From positions 234,617 to 298,616 of the forward strand of contig DIXK01000067.1 of assembly GCA_002428665.1 (NCBI GenBank): a stretch of 64,000 bases of DNA. Direction: 5' to 3'. A model generated the notes under the pieces. It was not told the origin of the DNA. It searched no databases and saw only the letters and a program-made list of their open reading frames with translations. Every line of letters starts with the position of its first letter. Position 1 is the stretch's first letter. Positions 29,922 to 39,731 of this stretch are shown in pieces. The DNA comes from Verrucomicrobia subdivision 3 bacterium UBA6082. Lineage in GTDB: Bacteria; Verrucomicrobiota; Verrucomicrobiia; Limisphaerales; UBA8199. The translations under genes and the position numbers were made by a program.

Positions 29922-32900
29922 CTACGGCACAGCCAAAATGCGGTAGAAGCGCTGTGTTGCCGACCCGATTTCCAGGTCAACAATGATGGAATCCCCTGTG
30001 GCAGTGATGTCTTCACCCAGAATAATCCAACCAGGAGATCTCAAATCGTCCCTATATTCCACCCGGTACTTCTTACCTTTCAATGCAGGCCACTGAAGAG
30101 TCAATGATCCCGTAGTTGAAGCGAGGGTCCTAATCTGCGGAATGTCCACAGCGACTACGTTAAATGTGGTAGTACTGCTGAGCGGAGGAGAACCGTCATC
30201 GGTCACACGAACCGTGACCGTGTGGTTTCCCGGCACCTGTTCCGAGGTCGGTGCGAACGAGAACAAACCCGTTGTAGGGTTAATGGAGGCGCCCGACGGA
30301 GCCCCAGGATCGAGATTGAACGTCAGGGTTTGTGCTGGTACCTGAGTATCGGCAGCCGAAACTACGAAGGCAAGAGTCTGTCCGAAGTAAACAGACTGGT
30401 CCGTCAGAGGTTCAACCACCGGGGCGGTATTCAAGACCGGGTTGGCGGTTCGTGGGCTGGCAAAAGGCAGGGCTGAAATAGAAAGAGATCCATCCGGCGA
30501 GCGACCTTCGCTGCGGTCGGTGTTTTGGGGGCCGAAAGTGATGTAATCGACCGGGGTTCCATCCGCGGCGAACAAGCCAATAGCTTCACCTTCCTTCGCC
30601 AGCTTAAAACTTACGTGCAAGTCGGTGCTATTGGTTGCGTTCTGACTGGTTTCTCCGTCAGCCCAGATTAAAAAGTGACCGCCCGCAGGGATGACGTAAT
30701 GACCGGTGACCGGCACTTGGTATTGGAATCTGTCGTTAAGGTTATCGGTGAAGTAGAGGCCCCTCAGGTCCAGGGGGTCTGGTCCGGGGTTAAAGATTTC
30801 AAACCAATCCTCGTATTGACCATCGGCCGGGTCAGCGAGCACGCCGACGTTGTCCGCCAGCCATTCGTTAATGAAAGCCCGGGCAGGGGCGCTGGTGCCG
30901 TTGTTGGGAGACCCTGGGGTGACGTAGAAAAATTCGCGACGGTCGAAGCTCTGGCCATCCGCGAACGATCCGAAGGACCGGTTGGCGGGCACTCCTGAGT
31001 AATGTATGTAGTCGATAACCTGAATGTGGCCGTTTGTAGCCATACGGCTTAACACCACTGTTCCACCTGTCGGCGAGAGTGTAAAGTCCGTGTGCCATTC
31101 ATCGACTGAGGATAGGATGGTCTGGCCATCCGCGAAGACCACCTTGAACTGTCCGGGAGCGAGGGAGGCTCCAGACGGAAAGGCCCATCGGTCTTGGTTG
31201 GTGCGACTACCAGATAGGTAGATGCCCTGCAAGTCAACGCCTGTTGTGCTCGGATTAAACAACTCCAGCCAAGGGACACGCTCGCCCGCACCGTTGGTGA
31301 TTCCAGTAAGGTTCAAAGCTTGCAGTTCGTTAATCCAAAGGGGAGGGAAGGGGGCCAGTGATCCGGCTACGCTATTGTTCTTACTTGGCGTAGCCACGGG
31401 TACGTGGCTCATTAAAGGTTGGGCCGGGCTAACGACCGCCGGGTTATCGGAGTTGGAAAGACGAACTATCAAAGGGCCGCCGTTGGTCGTTTGGAGATAC
31501 CAAAAGCTCAAGGTGTAGGTTTGGCCACTGGTTAACGCCGGCGAGATGTCCTGGTAGACGGAGTTCCCGGAACCCGTGCCAGCTGCAGTGGCTTTAAGGT
31601 GTAGCCCGTATCTTCCGCCGTGGCGAATCAACGGGTTCAACTCAGATTGTAAGAAATTGGCGGTTAATTGCCAGGATCCCGTTAAGGGTGTTTCAAAGCC
31701 ACCGTTGACCAGGTAATCCTGGTTGTTGCGCACAAGGCGCACGTCGTCCACGTGGATGTCTCCCGGCGATCCGATATAGAGGTAAAGTCGCGAGCTTGTG
31801 GCGGTGAGATTGGTGGTGACGTGGACCCACTGTGGGACGGCCCGGGTGTGAGGCTCAACTGCCGCCCAGTTGCCCGCTCGCGAACTCCCCTGATTAGGGT
31901 CTACCAACTGCAAGGATCTGCCAGGAGCAGTTGGAGCCTGCCATGGGAGTAGAGGTTCGTAACGAACACGCGAAACAATGGTTTCGGTGCCGGCTGCGGG
32001 CCGGAAGAGGGCCAGCGTTTCACCTGCAGTGCGCAGGTTTCCTGTGAATTCGTCGAGAGCCACGGTCGTTGGGCCGTGGGCCGTAGCCAGCGCGTCGCGG
32101 TTGTGTGCGAGCAAGAGGTAGTTGTGTGGGCCTATAGAAGTGCCAGGGGGAAAGGTGTAGTTCAGTCCTTCGAAGCGCCAGCCAGAGAGGTCGAACGTTG
32201 CGGTAAGGCTGCAATTGAACAGTTCGACGTACTCGGCCTCAGGCACCGCTGGGGTGCTCATGATTTCGTTGATGACCACAAGCCCTTCAGGAACAGGGTG
32301 TCCGCCCACGTAAGAAATCATGACAGGTTGCGTTGGCCCCGCGATCACGTTGCCGAGCTTGTCGTGACCCGTGATGATCGCAGCAGTGGTGCCCGGCGCA
32401 ACCGGGAACTGGACAGTCCAATCGGTTATCGAGGTCCAGGTGATCGGCCAGGCAATACCATTAACTCGGATAGTCTGGATCCCAACCGGGGCGGTGCCGC
32501 TCAAAGTCACCAGGTTTGAAAAAACGGTGAGGTTGGAGGGGCCCAGCATGGAAAAATCAGCAGTAATCTTTGCCAACTCCGACTGCAGCACTGTTCGGCG
32601 TTGTCGAAACCAGGTTTTTACCTGCGTGGGATCGGTTAGGAGGTTCCCGTCGCAATGGGTGATCCCGTTTTCAACAAGCGAGCGGTATTTAGCATCCATT
32701 GCAGGGTCGCTCCTGATACTGTTCAGTGGACCGTTAACCGCCTCGTCGACAGATCGCAGGTAGGCCCGTCGGAATGGGGGGTGATTGTACATCCGAGTGA
32801 CGGTTGGGTCATCCGAAGTGAAAAGCGGTCCGTTGCCGGCGGCGTAGCTGGACGAATTCTTGACGGAAACCAGCATTAGCCAATCCAGATCAAAGGGATA

Positions 32901-35900
32901 GATTTGCCAGCCACGGTTGCGGGGGCGATAGGAGTACATGTTCTTGCCAATGGCGTGCCCCCAGCTATCGAAGTTATTGATGATGTGTTCGAAGGCGAAA
33001 ATGCCCATCCATTGCTCCACATCCACCAACGCTGAAACCTGGGCCTCATACGACGCTGCATCGGTGTTAAGCGCGTCCACCAAGGCGAATAAGCTAGCAT
33101 AATTATGAGCTCGGTCATAGGAGCGTTTCAGCCAGGTCCAGCGGTAGCGTTCGGTTTTCTTGATCGTGGCTCCAGTGGCAGGGTCCGTGGAAGTAAAGAG
33201 CTGAAGTCGAGGCATGGGGTCTGCGACAAGGCCACCTGAATCGTTGAATTCAAAGCCGCGGTCGATTTTGAAGAAATCGCCGTCGCTGTCTTCAAAGCAC
33301 CACTGGTCCAGGTAATCGCTAGCGGGTTGTTGGACGGCTTCGAAAACCCCTCCGCGCTGCATATCCGTGACGCCGTTGACGTGGAGGCGGATAAAATGCC
33401 GAAAGCTGAAGGGAAGGCTCATGAGGTCCGCCATCCAGTAGGCCATTTGCTCCTGGATGGCCGTGCTTTCATTCCCGTGCCCACCGGGCCAATCGAGCAC
33501 CACATTATTTCCGCCCAGGAAAGGGTCATCGGGCGGAAAACTGATGCTGTAACCACAGCGACTGCCGCTCGGTGAAGTGAATCCTGGGGCTATATAGGGA
33601 CTGCCGGCAAATAGTGCTGCTGCGTTGTGGATAGCTCGGTAATCGCCCAGAACAAAGGTGACACTGTTGGGGGTATTGTCGAGTTTGCGACGGCTTGACC
33701 AGGCATCAAAGGTTGCCTGGGTCATCCAAAGGCGATAGACGGGAAAATTGCCGGTTGGTGTGGATTCTCCAAACCGAATCAGGCACTCAGAAGTTGGCGC
33801 ATCACCGGGGAAAGTGCTGAATGACGGAGCGGTTGCTCCGTCAGTAGCCTGAACGTAAAAGGCAACGAGTTTGCCAGTGGATTGTCCGGGGATGTTTGCG
33901 CTGAACAACCCGTCCGCAGTTACTGCGTCACCGCTTGTCCCGTCATCCTTCATGATCACAGAGGAGTAGGTGGTTTGCGGGTCAACGCGATAAAACAAGG
34001 TCAAAGAAGAGACTCCGTCGGGGTCGTGAACGCGGGCGGTAATGGCTACAGTTTCGCCGGAGGCTGGGAGCACGGGCTCATGGTTGATGCTGTAGATTGC
34101 CGGTCCCGTGTTAGGTGCAGCGCAGGTGTTTGACATTGCGGGGGTGCCGGTTGCAGGAAGCCGCATTGTGCCCGGGGCTTCGAGCCAATTGCCTCGCAGG
34201 CGAAGCAGGATTTCCGGGTGGCCACGGAGCCAACGAACACGAGCGCGAAGCGTGACGATGCTGCCGGCCGCTGGTTGTGTCGTCAAGGGTGTCCTGATGC
34301 GGTTGATCTGGTTGTCCCCTCGATCAACCGCCCTGACACGGTAAGATCGGGCGCTGCTAAACCCCTCATTGGCTTCGAGCCCCGATTGGGATAGCGTTCC
34401 CTCGGCAGTCCAACCGGAGCTGCCCGCCTCAAAGCCTGAGTTAGCGACCAGGTTCACTCCTGATTCGGTGAGAACTTCGACATCGTCGATCAAGCATTCG
34501 CCAGCCCCGAGGAGCACCACCTGCAATTGATTGGGATCCACATTGCCACCGTCGACAAACCCTCGCCGCTCGACCAAGGTCCAGGTGGACTTGTCCGTCT
34601 CGGCGCTGTCAGCCCAGTTGGCGGGCAGCCGTCGGTTGCTGCGAGCATCCTTTAGTTCGAGGCTGCTACCTCCACCATCCGCCCAACGGCCCCACTTACC
34701 CCCGTCTTCATAGGTAATTTCATCGACTACGATATGGCTCGTGTTTGTGAGAACGATGCCATTCGAATTTGTGGAAACGGTTAGTTCAGGAAACGCGAGA
34801 GCAATTCGCTCACTGCTCCGCAACAGACTCCCGCTGAAGTTACCCAGGGAATTGGCGGCGTCCAGCTGCGAGTAGTTGGTGCGCAACCGTGCGACATTCT
34901 GTGCTACCACGATAAAGCCATTTGCCGGGAGAATCGTATTCGCCGGAAAGGTGAAAGAAATGCCGTCCTGCAGCTGCCAACCTGCGAGATCCACCGGAGT
35001 CTCCGCATTGTTGTGCAACTCTACGTATTGATGGGCATCCTCTCCATCAACTGGGTGGTACATCAGTTCGTTGATAACTACGTGACTGGGCCGTATTAGC
35101 GCGTTCGCCCCCCCGGGTGTTTTCGCTGCGAGGCGGTAGAACGCGGTGCTTCCATCTGGCCAGCGGCCTGTCGGCACCTGTTTTTCCTGGGCTTGAAACC
35201 GGACCGCATCAATTATTCGGGTGCGGGAGGCATCTCTCAAGAAGATGCTTTCGCCTTCAGCACTCAAAGCAAAGCCAAGTTGGTTTTCGTCGAACACGAT
35301 AAAGCTGCGGGCGCCTAATGAGGTACCTGGTGGGATTACAAACTTGTCAAGATCCGGATTGTCGGTGAGCACGCAACCAGAGATATCCAGCATCTCATTA
35401 CTGTGATTATATAACTCGATGAAATCGACGTCCGGAGCATCCGTGTGTGCGAGGAATTCATTGATGCGAATGGCGGAAAGCCCGTGGGGCGAGATGGGAT
35501 CAATCCGACCTGGTGAGCCGAGCACCGCGTCACTGGCATCCCAAGCCGCGGGCTTGCCCTCTCCCAGAGAGGGCCTAGCCAGAACAAGAGAATGGCCCGC
35601 ACCGTCGGGGCTGGCCGGCCAAGGGCCGGATGTTCCGTATTTTACCTTCAGCAATACGGCCCCGGTTCGGTGCCTCAAGATAACCGTGCCGGAATCATTG
35701 GGTAATCCGTTCGTCTCCGCACCCAGCCAGGGGCCCAGGACCCCTGAAAGCCCGTAGACCGCCTCGACATCCGTGGGTGATCGAGCAATGACCAGAAATC
35801 CGCCGCCTGGTATGATCGTTCCTGCCGGGAAGGAGTAATCCATCGCGCCGGAAATCCGGAAGCCGCTGAGGTTCTCAGGCTCGGCTCTGGAGTTGAACAG

Positions 35901-37868
35901 TTCAATGAACTCGATTTGCGCGGGGTTGGCGCCAAGAAGAACCTTTGGTGGATGGTACATGATCTCGGAAATGACAAGTGCAGTTCTGCGACTCGATTGT
36001 GCGAGCGGCTCGCGAGCTGTCATTGTCTGCGCGATCTCGCTGACTGTAACTGTCGAGAAATCACGGAAAGCGGCGCGGATGCGCTTGTTAGAGTCACGGC
36101 TCGAAACTGCGAAGCCGAGATACACGGTTTGAGGGAGGGCCAGAGAGGCTTTTCCCAATAACATCCAAGAGGACTCGTCGCGTCCAGCATAACCTGAAAA
36201 CTCGCTTCCTGACCGCTTGAGCCGCAACCAGGTGGCGGGATAGTTTACAGGGAACGATCCACTGCGCGCGGACTGGGCGTTAACGGCATTCCGGCATTCG
36301 AAAAAGCTCCCACTAATGGTCGGTGTGGACAGGGTCGCTGCGAAACGGCTTCCCGGGTCACTTGTTTCTCGGGCCATCAAGCCAGCTGCCGCCCAAGGAT
36401 CGGTCAGTGAGACTCCCTCGACCCGAACCCGGACATCGAAATCACCGCTTTGAGGCACGTGACTGAAATGGAACTGATCGGCAAGGCCTCCGATCCGAGT
36501 GCCGAGGGCAGTGATATCTACTCCGCCTGGCGATAGTGACATCCAACCCAGGATTGAGGAGGAGCCGACGTCCTCCTGGGTGTAGACAAGAGCGACAAAG
36601 GAAGTAATGGTGTTCGGCGGCACCATGTTTGGCTGAGAGGCCAGATCGCTCAGCCCGTTTATTGCGATCGTGTAAATCTCATTTTCGATCATGAAGGGTA
36701 CCGTGAGCACCACGTTGCTGGACGTCGAATCGTGGCTGGCATGAATAACCGACAGCGGACCGGATGGTCCAGAAATACTGTAGTTATCAGTGTTGGTTAC
36801 CGTGCTATTTTGGAGACTTTCTGAAAAGAAGATCTGCACATGCTGCAGGCCTGCGCTACGGGCTCCGATCAGGTTTGGGGCATTGGTATCGAGGAGCACG
36901 GTGAGGGTGGCTACGGCGCTCGTGGTTGCATTATTCAATCCAGCGATGACGTTCATCGCAACGGCTTGGAATTGTGCCCCATCATCAGTTAACGCTGCAT
37001 TGCTGAGCGTCAAGGAGGAGTGGGTTGCGCCCAATATGGCGATCCCGTTTCTGAGCCATTGGTAGGTGGGGTAGGGGTGTGCGACGGCGCGTGCTACGAA
37101 CAACGCGGGAGTAGATTCCGCCACCGTAGTATTTGTGGGTTGGGTGACAAAATAAGGTGGCACGTCGGCCATCAATTCGCCGCTGACGGCATAAATGCCC
37201 GTTGAGCCGGCATTGGCCTTTTGGAAGGTCAGGCTGGTAAGCGGCTTGTTGGAGGCGCCAAGCAGGGCTTCCACGTCGATAGTTGTCTGGTAGAATCGGG
37301 GATTCGAGGGAGCGCCCTCGGTGTACCCCGTTGACAAGCGAATGCGCTCGACGCCTTGCAGTGCGAAACCGATGTTGTTAAACCAGTCCGGAGCGTTGTA
37401 GGAAGTTACGAAGGTTGTGCCGTCATGAAAATGAAGGGTCAGGGCTGCAGAACTTCCGCCGCTAGCTGAGTTGGCCAGGATGGCAAGGCGTTTATAAAGA
37501 CCTGGAGTTTGCAGAACAAGCGTGCCTTCGGACAGGCCGGTCGCACTGCTAAGAACCAATGCGTTGGATGCATCATAGGGCTGGAACGCCAAAACCGTTT
37601 CGGCGTCGAGCACGCTGATGAAACTTCGGGATGCTGGCAGACCGGCGGTTTTTCCTGGCAGGCCGGATTCGTAAAACGCATTGCCTTCGTTCGGGTTTAA
37701 CTCCTGTGCGGCAGAATATGGTGGTCCTGCTGCACCGACTTCCACGACTACATCCCGGTTGAATCCAGTCAAGGCAATGGGTGTCATGGGCTCGGCGAGG
37801 ATTCTAGCTGTCGCCAAAACGACACAGAGTTCCAATGCCAAGCGACACCTCGAAAGGCTGAAGCTCAC
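29922..37868 (-). CDS. giant secreted multidomain protein: Ig-like domains, six lamin-tail domains (LTD), CBM-like modules, a central CotH-like (atypical kinase) domain and a cadherin-like C-terminal domain
   Basis: GTG start with a signal peptide. I-set-like Ig is near 36890-37160. LTD signature (INE..hP, then EaIELaN, then LsGa) occurs six times, near 35950-35985, 35443-35477, 35041-35090, 32221-32300, 31261-31360 and 30841-30900. CotH-like blocks [12 protein letters not shown] and [21 protein letters not shown] lie near 32880-33430. NGGFE/NSGFE CBM-like modules are present. A cadherin-like segment lies near 30130-30440. The C-terminal beta-sandwich ends in [10 protein letters not shown]. 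Confidence 0.9.
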   Translation of the reverse strand: MSFSLSRCRLALELCVVLATARILAEPMTPIALTGFNRDVVVEVGAAGPPYSAAQELNPNEGNAFYESGLPGKTAGLPASRSFISVLDAETVLAFQPYDASNALVLSSATGLSEGTLVLQTPGLYKRLAILANSASGGSSAALTLHFHDGTTFVTSYNAPDWFNNIGFALQGVERIRLSTGYTEGAPSNPRFYQTTIDVEALLGASNKPLTSLTFQKANAGSTGIYAVSGELMADVPPYFVTQPTNTTVAESTPALFVARAVAHPYPTYQWLRNGIAILGATHSSLTLSNAALTDDGAQFQAVAMNVIAGLNNATTSAVATLTVLLDTNAPNLIGARSAGLQHVQIFFSESLQNSTVTNTDNYSISGPSGPLSVIHASHDSTSSNVVLTVPFMIENEIYTIAINGLSDLASQPNMVPPNTITSFVALVYTQEDVGSSSILGWMSLSPGGVDITALGTRIGGLADQFHFSHVPQSGDFDVRVRVEGVSLTDPWAAAGLMARETSDPGSRFAATLSTPTISGSFFECRNAVNAQSARSGSFPVNYPATWLRLKRSGSEFSGYAGRDESSWMLLGKASLALPQTVYLGFAVSSRDSNKRIRAAFRDFSTVTVSEIAQTMTAREPLAQSSRRTALVISEIMYHPPKVLLGANPAQIEFIELFNSRAEPENLSGFRISGAMDYSFPAGTIIPGGGFLVIARSPTDVEAVYGLSGVLGPWLGAETNGLPNDSGTVILRHRTGAVLLKVKYGTSGPWPASPDGAGHSLVLARPSLGEGKPAAWDASDAVLGSPGRIDPISPHGLSAIRINEFLAHTDAPDVDFIELYNHSNEMLDISGCVLTDNPDLDKFVIPPGTSLGARSFIVFDENQLGFALSAEGESIFLRDASRTRIIDAVRFQAQEKQVPTGRWPDGSTAFYRLAAKTPGGANALIRPSHVVINELMYHPVDGEDAHQYVELHNNAETPVDLAGWQLQDGISFTFPANTILPANGFIVVAQNVARLRTNYSQLDAANSLGNFSGSLLRSSERIALAFPELTVSTNSNGIVLTNTSHIVVDEITYEDGGKWGRWADGGGSSLELKDARSNRRLPANWADSAETDKSTWTLVERRGFVDGGNVDPNQLQVVLLGAGECLIDDVEVLTESGVNLVANSGFEAGSSGWTAEGTLSQSGLEANEGFSSARSYRVRAVDRGDNQINRIRTPLTTQPAAGSIVTLRARVRWLRGHPEILLRLRGNWLEAPGTMRLPATGTPAMSNTCAAPNTGPAIYSINHEPVLPASGETVAITARVHDPDGVSSLTLFYRVDPQTTYSSVIMKDDGTSGDAVTADGLFSANIPGQSTGKLVAFYVQATDGATAPSFSTFPGDAPTSECLIRFGESTPTGNFPVYRLWMTQATFDAWSSRRKLDNTPNSVTFVLGDYRAIHNAAALFAGSPYIAPGFTSPSGSRCGYSISFPPDDPFLGGNNVVLDWPGGHGNESTAIQEQMAYWMADLMSLPFSFRHFIRLHVNGVTDMQRGGVFEAVQQPASDYLDQWCFEDSDGDFFKIDRGFEFNDSGGLVADPMPRLQLFTSTDPATGATIKKTERYRWTWLKRSYDRAHNYASLFALVDALNTDAASYEAQVSALVDVEQWMGIFAFEHIINNFDSWGHAIGKNMYSYRPRNRGWQIYPFDLDWLMLVSVKNSSSYAAGNGPLFTSDDPTVTRMYNHPPFRRAYLRSVDEAVNGPLNSIRSDPAMDAKYRSLVENGITHCDGNLLTDPTQVKTWFRQRRTVLQSELAKITADFSMLGPSNLTVFSNLVTLSGTAPVGIQTIRVNGIAWPITWTSITDWTVQFPVAPGTTAAIITGHDKLGNVIAGPTQPVMISYVGGHPVPEGLVVINEIMSTPAVPEAEYVELFNCSLTATFDLSGWRFEGLNYTFPPGTSIGPHNYLLLAHNRDALATAHGPTTVALDEFTGNLRTAGETLALFRPAAGTETIVSRVRYEPLLPWQAPTAPGRSLQLVDPNQGSSRAGNWAAVEPHTRAVPQWVHVTTNLTATSSRLYLYIGSPGDIHVDDVRLVRNNQDYLVNGGFETPLTGSWQLTANFLQSELNPLIRHGGRYGLHLKATAAGTGSGNSVYQDISPALTSGQTYTLSFWYLQTTNGGPLIVRLSNSDNPAVVSPAQPLMSHVPVATPSKNNSVAGSLAPFPPLWINELQALNLTGITNGAGERVPWLELFNPSTTGVDLQGIYLSGSRTNQDRWAFPSGASLAPGQFKVVFADGQTILSSVDEWHTDFTLSPTGGTVVLSRMATNGHIQVIDYIHYSGVPANRSFGSFADGQSFDRREFFYVTPGSPNNGTSAPARAFINEWLADNVGVLADPADGQYEDWFEIFNPGPDPLDLRGLYFTDNLNDRFQYQVPVTGHYVIPAGGHFLIWADGETSQNATNSTDLHVSFKLAKEGEAIGLFAADGTPVDYITFGPQNTDRSEGRSPDGSLSISALPFASPRTANPVLNTAPVVEPLTDQSVYFGQTLAFVVSAADTQVPAQTLTFNLDPGAPSGASINPTTGLFSFAPTSEQVPGNHTVTVRVTDDGSPPLSSTTTFNVVAVDIPQIRTLASTTGSLTLQWPALKGKKYRVEYRDDLRSPGWIILGEDITATGDSIIVDLEIGSATQRFYRILAVP

Positions 37869-37979
37869 AGTCCCAGTTTATCGGGATTCTCGCTTAATGC
37901 CAAACTCTTCGTGGGTCTTTTGTGCTCGCCTGCCTTAGATTTGGTGCGGAAACTCTTTGCGCTTCAATCCGACGTCACT

Positions 37980-38774
37980 ATGCTGAGATGTCGTTGCAGT
38001 GTGAAAACCGAATCAATATACGTCGAAAAAAAAGCGTACACCTCCAAATATACGGATGAGAGGTTGGTTGAGATCAATGAAAAGAACCGGCGATCTCGTG
38101 TCGGGGCATTGCGGGAACACTCCGAGTGGATTGAGACCCTTCGGACCGAGTTGCCAAAATTCATCCCTTTTTTGCGTGACACCTGCGGTCTGAGTTTTCG
38201 GGGAAGGATCCTGGAGATCGGAGCAGGCGACGCCTGGTTGAGCGCGGAGATTTCGAAACTTCCGGGTGTAGTTGAGATCATTGCTACTGATGTTTCACCC
38301 CGGCGATTGAAAGAGGACGCCCCGCGGGTCTTTAGGTTACTTGGGGCACGGGCCGACAAGATAACCCGCATGCCGGCCGACTTTCATCATCTAGACTTCA
38401 GGGATAGCTACTTTGATTTTGTGGTTTGCTCAGCGGTCCTGCAAGATGCGGCAAACATTGTCCAGGTGCTGAGGGAAGTGAAGCGTGTGCTTAAGCCAGG
38501 AGGCCGTTTTGTTGCCATCCGGGAGCCCGTCTGGCCGCTAATGAAACTTAAGTCGCGGACCCGACTGGTTGAGGCGTTGGTGACGACCGGTGTAAACGAG
38601 AGATATTACAGTTTGGCACACTACAAAGAGTTCTTCAAGCAGGCTGCGATGCCCATCGAGGTCAAACGCGTCACACTGTCCAGCGGGCTTAAGTACTTTT
38701 TCGATCAAGTATTTAACGGATTAACGCATGCGCGCTATGCCTTTATCGGCGTCAAACGCAGCCGGTCAACATAG
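37980..38774 (+). CDS. class I SAM-dependent methyltransferase
   Basis: Motif I ILEIGAGDAWLS and post-I/II blocks (ATDVS, LKPGGRFVAIRE). The start is placed at the ATG at 37980. The alternative GTG at 37911 would leave only 42 nt to the divergent giant gene. Confidence 0.75.
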   Translation: MLRCRCSVKTESIYVEKKAYTSKYTDERLVEINEKNRRSRVGALREHSEWIETLRTELPKFIPFLRDTCGLSFRGRILEIGAGDAWLSAEISKLPGVVEIIATDVSPRRLKEDAPRVFRLLGARADKITRMPADFHHLDFRDSYFDFVVCSAVLQDAANIVQVLREVKRVLKPGGRFVAIREPVWPLMKLKSRTRLVEALVTTGVNERYYSLAHYKEFFKQAAMPIEVKRVTLSSGLKYFFDQVFNGLTHARYAFIGVKRSRST

Positions 38775-38940
38775 GGGGCGTCATCGTGCCTAAGGTAGAA
38801 AGAAGGGCAGAACGTGCGACGGTTCCAACGCGGCGGCGACCACGCCGGACCTGCTGTCTGTCAATGGAGGAGAGCGGCCTCGAATTCCTATCTTGTTTCC
38901 AGGACAAAAATGGTTTACAAACGGAAGGGCTGTTGATCCA

Positions 38941-39711
38941 ATGAATAAGACCGTTGTCGTTGTGCCAACCTATAACGAGCGCGAGAATCTTTCTACGCTC
39001 GTGCAACGGTTACTGAACCTCCGGACGCCAGTCGACCTGCTGGTGGTGGACGACAATTCTCCGGACGGAACCGGCAAGCTGGCGGATGATCTTGCCGCGC
39101 AATACCCGAGGGTTCACGTTTTGCACCGTGCGCAGAAGAGTGGTTTGGGACGTGCATATATAGCTGGATTCAAATGGGCCTTGGAGCATGGGTTCGAGTT
39201 TATCTTTGAGTTGGATGGAGATCTGTCACACAACCCGGACGATATACCGATGTTCCTGGAGGCTGCCAAAGGTGCGGATTTGGTACTTGGTTCTCGCTAT
39301 CTCGACGGGATCCGCATTATTAACTGGCCTCTCAGCAGGTTGATGTTGAGCCAGGGAGCTGCGACGTATGTGAGGATTGTCACCGGGATGCCTTTTACCG
39401 ACCCCACAGGTGGGTATAAGTGCTTTCGGCGAAAGGCCTTGGAGAGCATCGATTTGGATATCATCGAATCCAACGGATACAGTTTTCAAATTGAAATGAC
39501 TCACCGCCTGTGGCGGCAGGGCAAGACTATTGTTGAGGTGCCGATCATCTTCACCGACCGTTTTCGTGGTCGCTCGAAGATGTCAGGGCACATTATGAGA
39601 GAGGCGTTTTTTATGGTTTGGCGCCTGCTTCTTCAGAACAAGCTCCGCCGCCGCCCGATGGCACAGGCTATTGCGCAAGAACCACCCCGAGTCGGTTCTG
39701 CACAGTCCTGA
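38941..39711 (+). CDS. polyprenol-phosphate mannosyltransferase-like GT2 (Dpm1/Ppm1 family)
   Basis: VVVVPTYNERENL, LLVVDDNSPDGTG, RAQKSGLGRAYIAGF and ELDGDLSHNP blocks. The start is moved to the ATG at 38941 (MNKTVVVV). Confidence 0.88.
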   Translation: MNKTVVVVPTYNERENLSTLVQRLLNLRTPVDLLVVDDNSPDGTGKLADDLAAQYPRVHVLHRAQKSGLGRAYIAGFKWALEHGFEFIFELDGDLSHNPDDIPMFLEAAKGADLVLGSRYLDGIRIINWPLSRLMLSQGAATYVRIVTGMPFTDPTGGYKCFRRKALESIDLDIIESNGYSFQIEMTHRLWRQGKTIVEVPIIFTDRFRGRSKMSGHIMREAFFMVWRLLLQNKLRRRPMAQAIAQEPPRVGSAQS

Positions 39712-39731
39712 GGTCGCGGGTCCGAAGGGAC

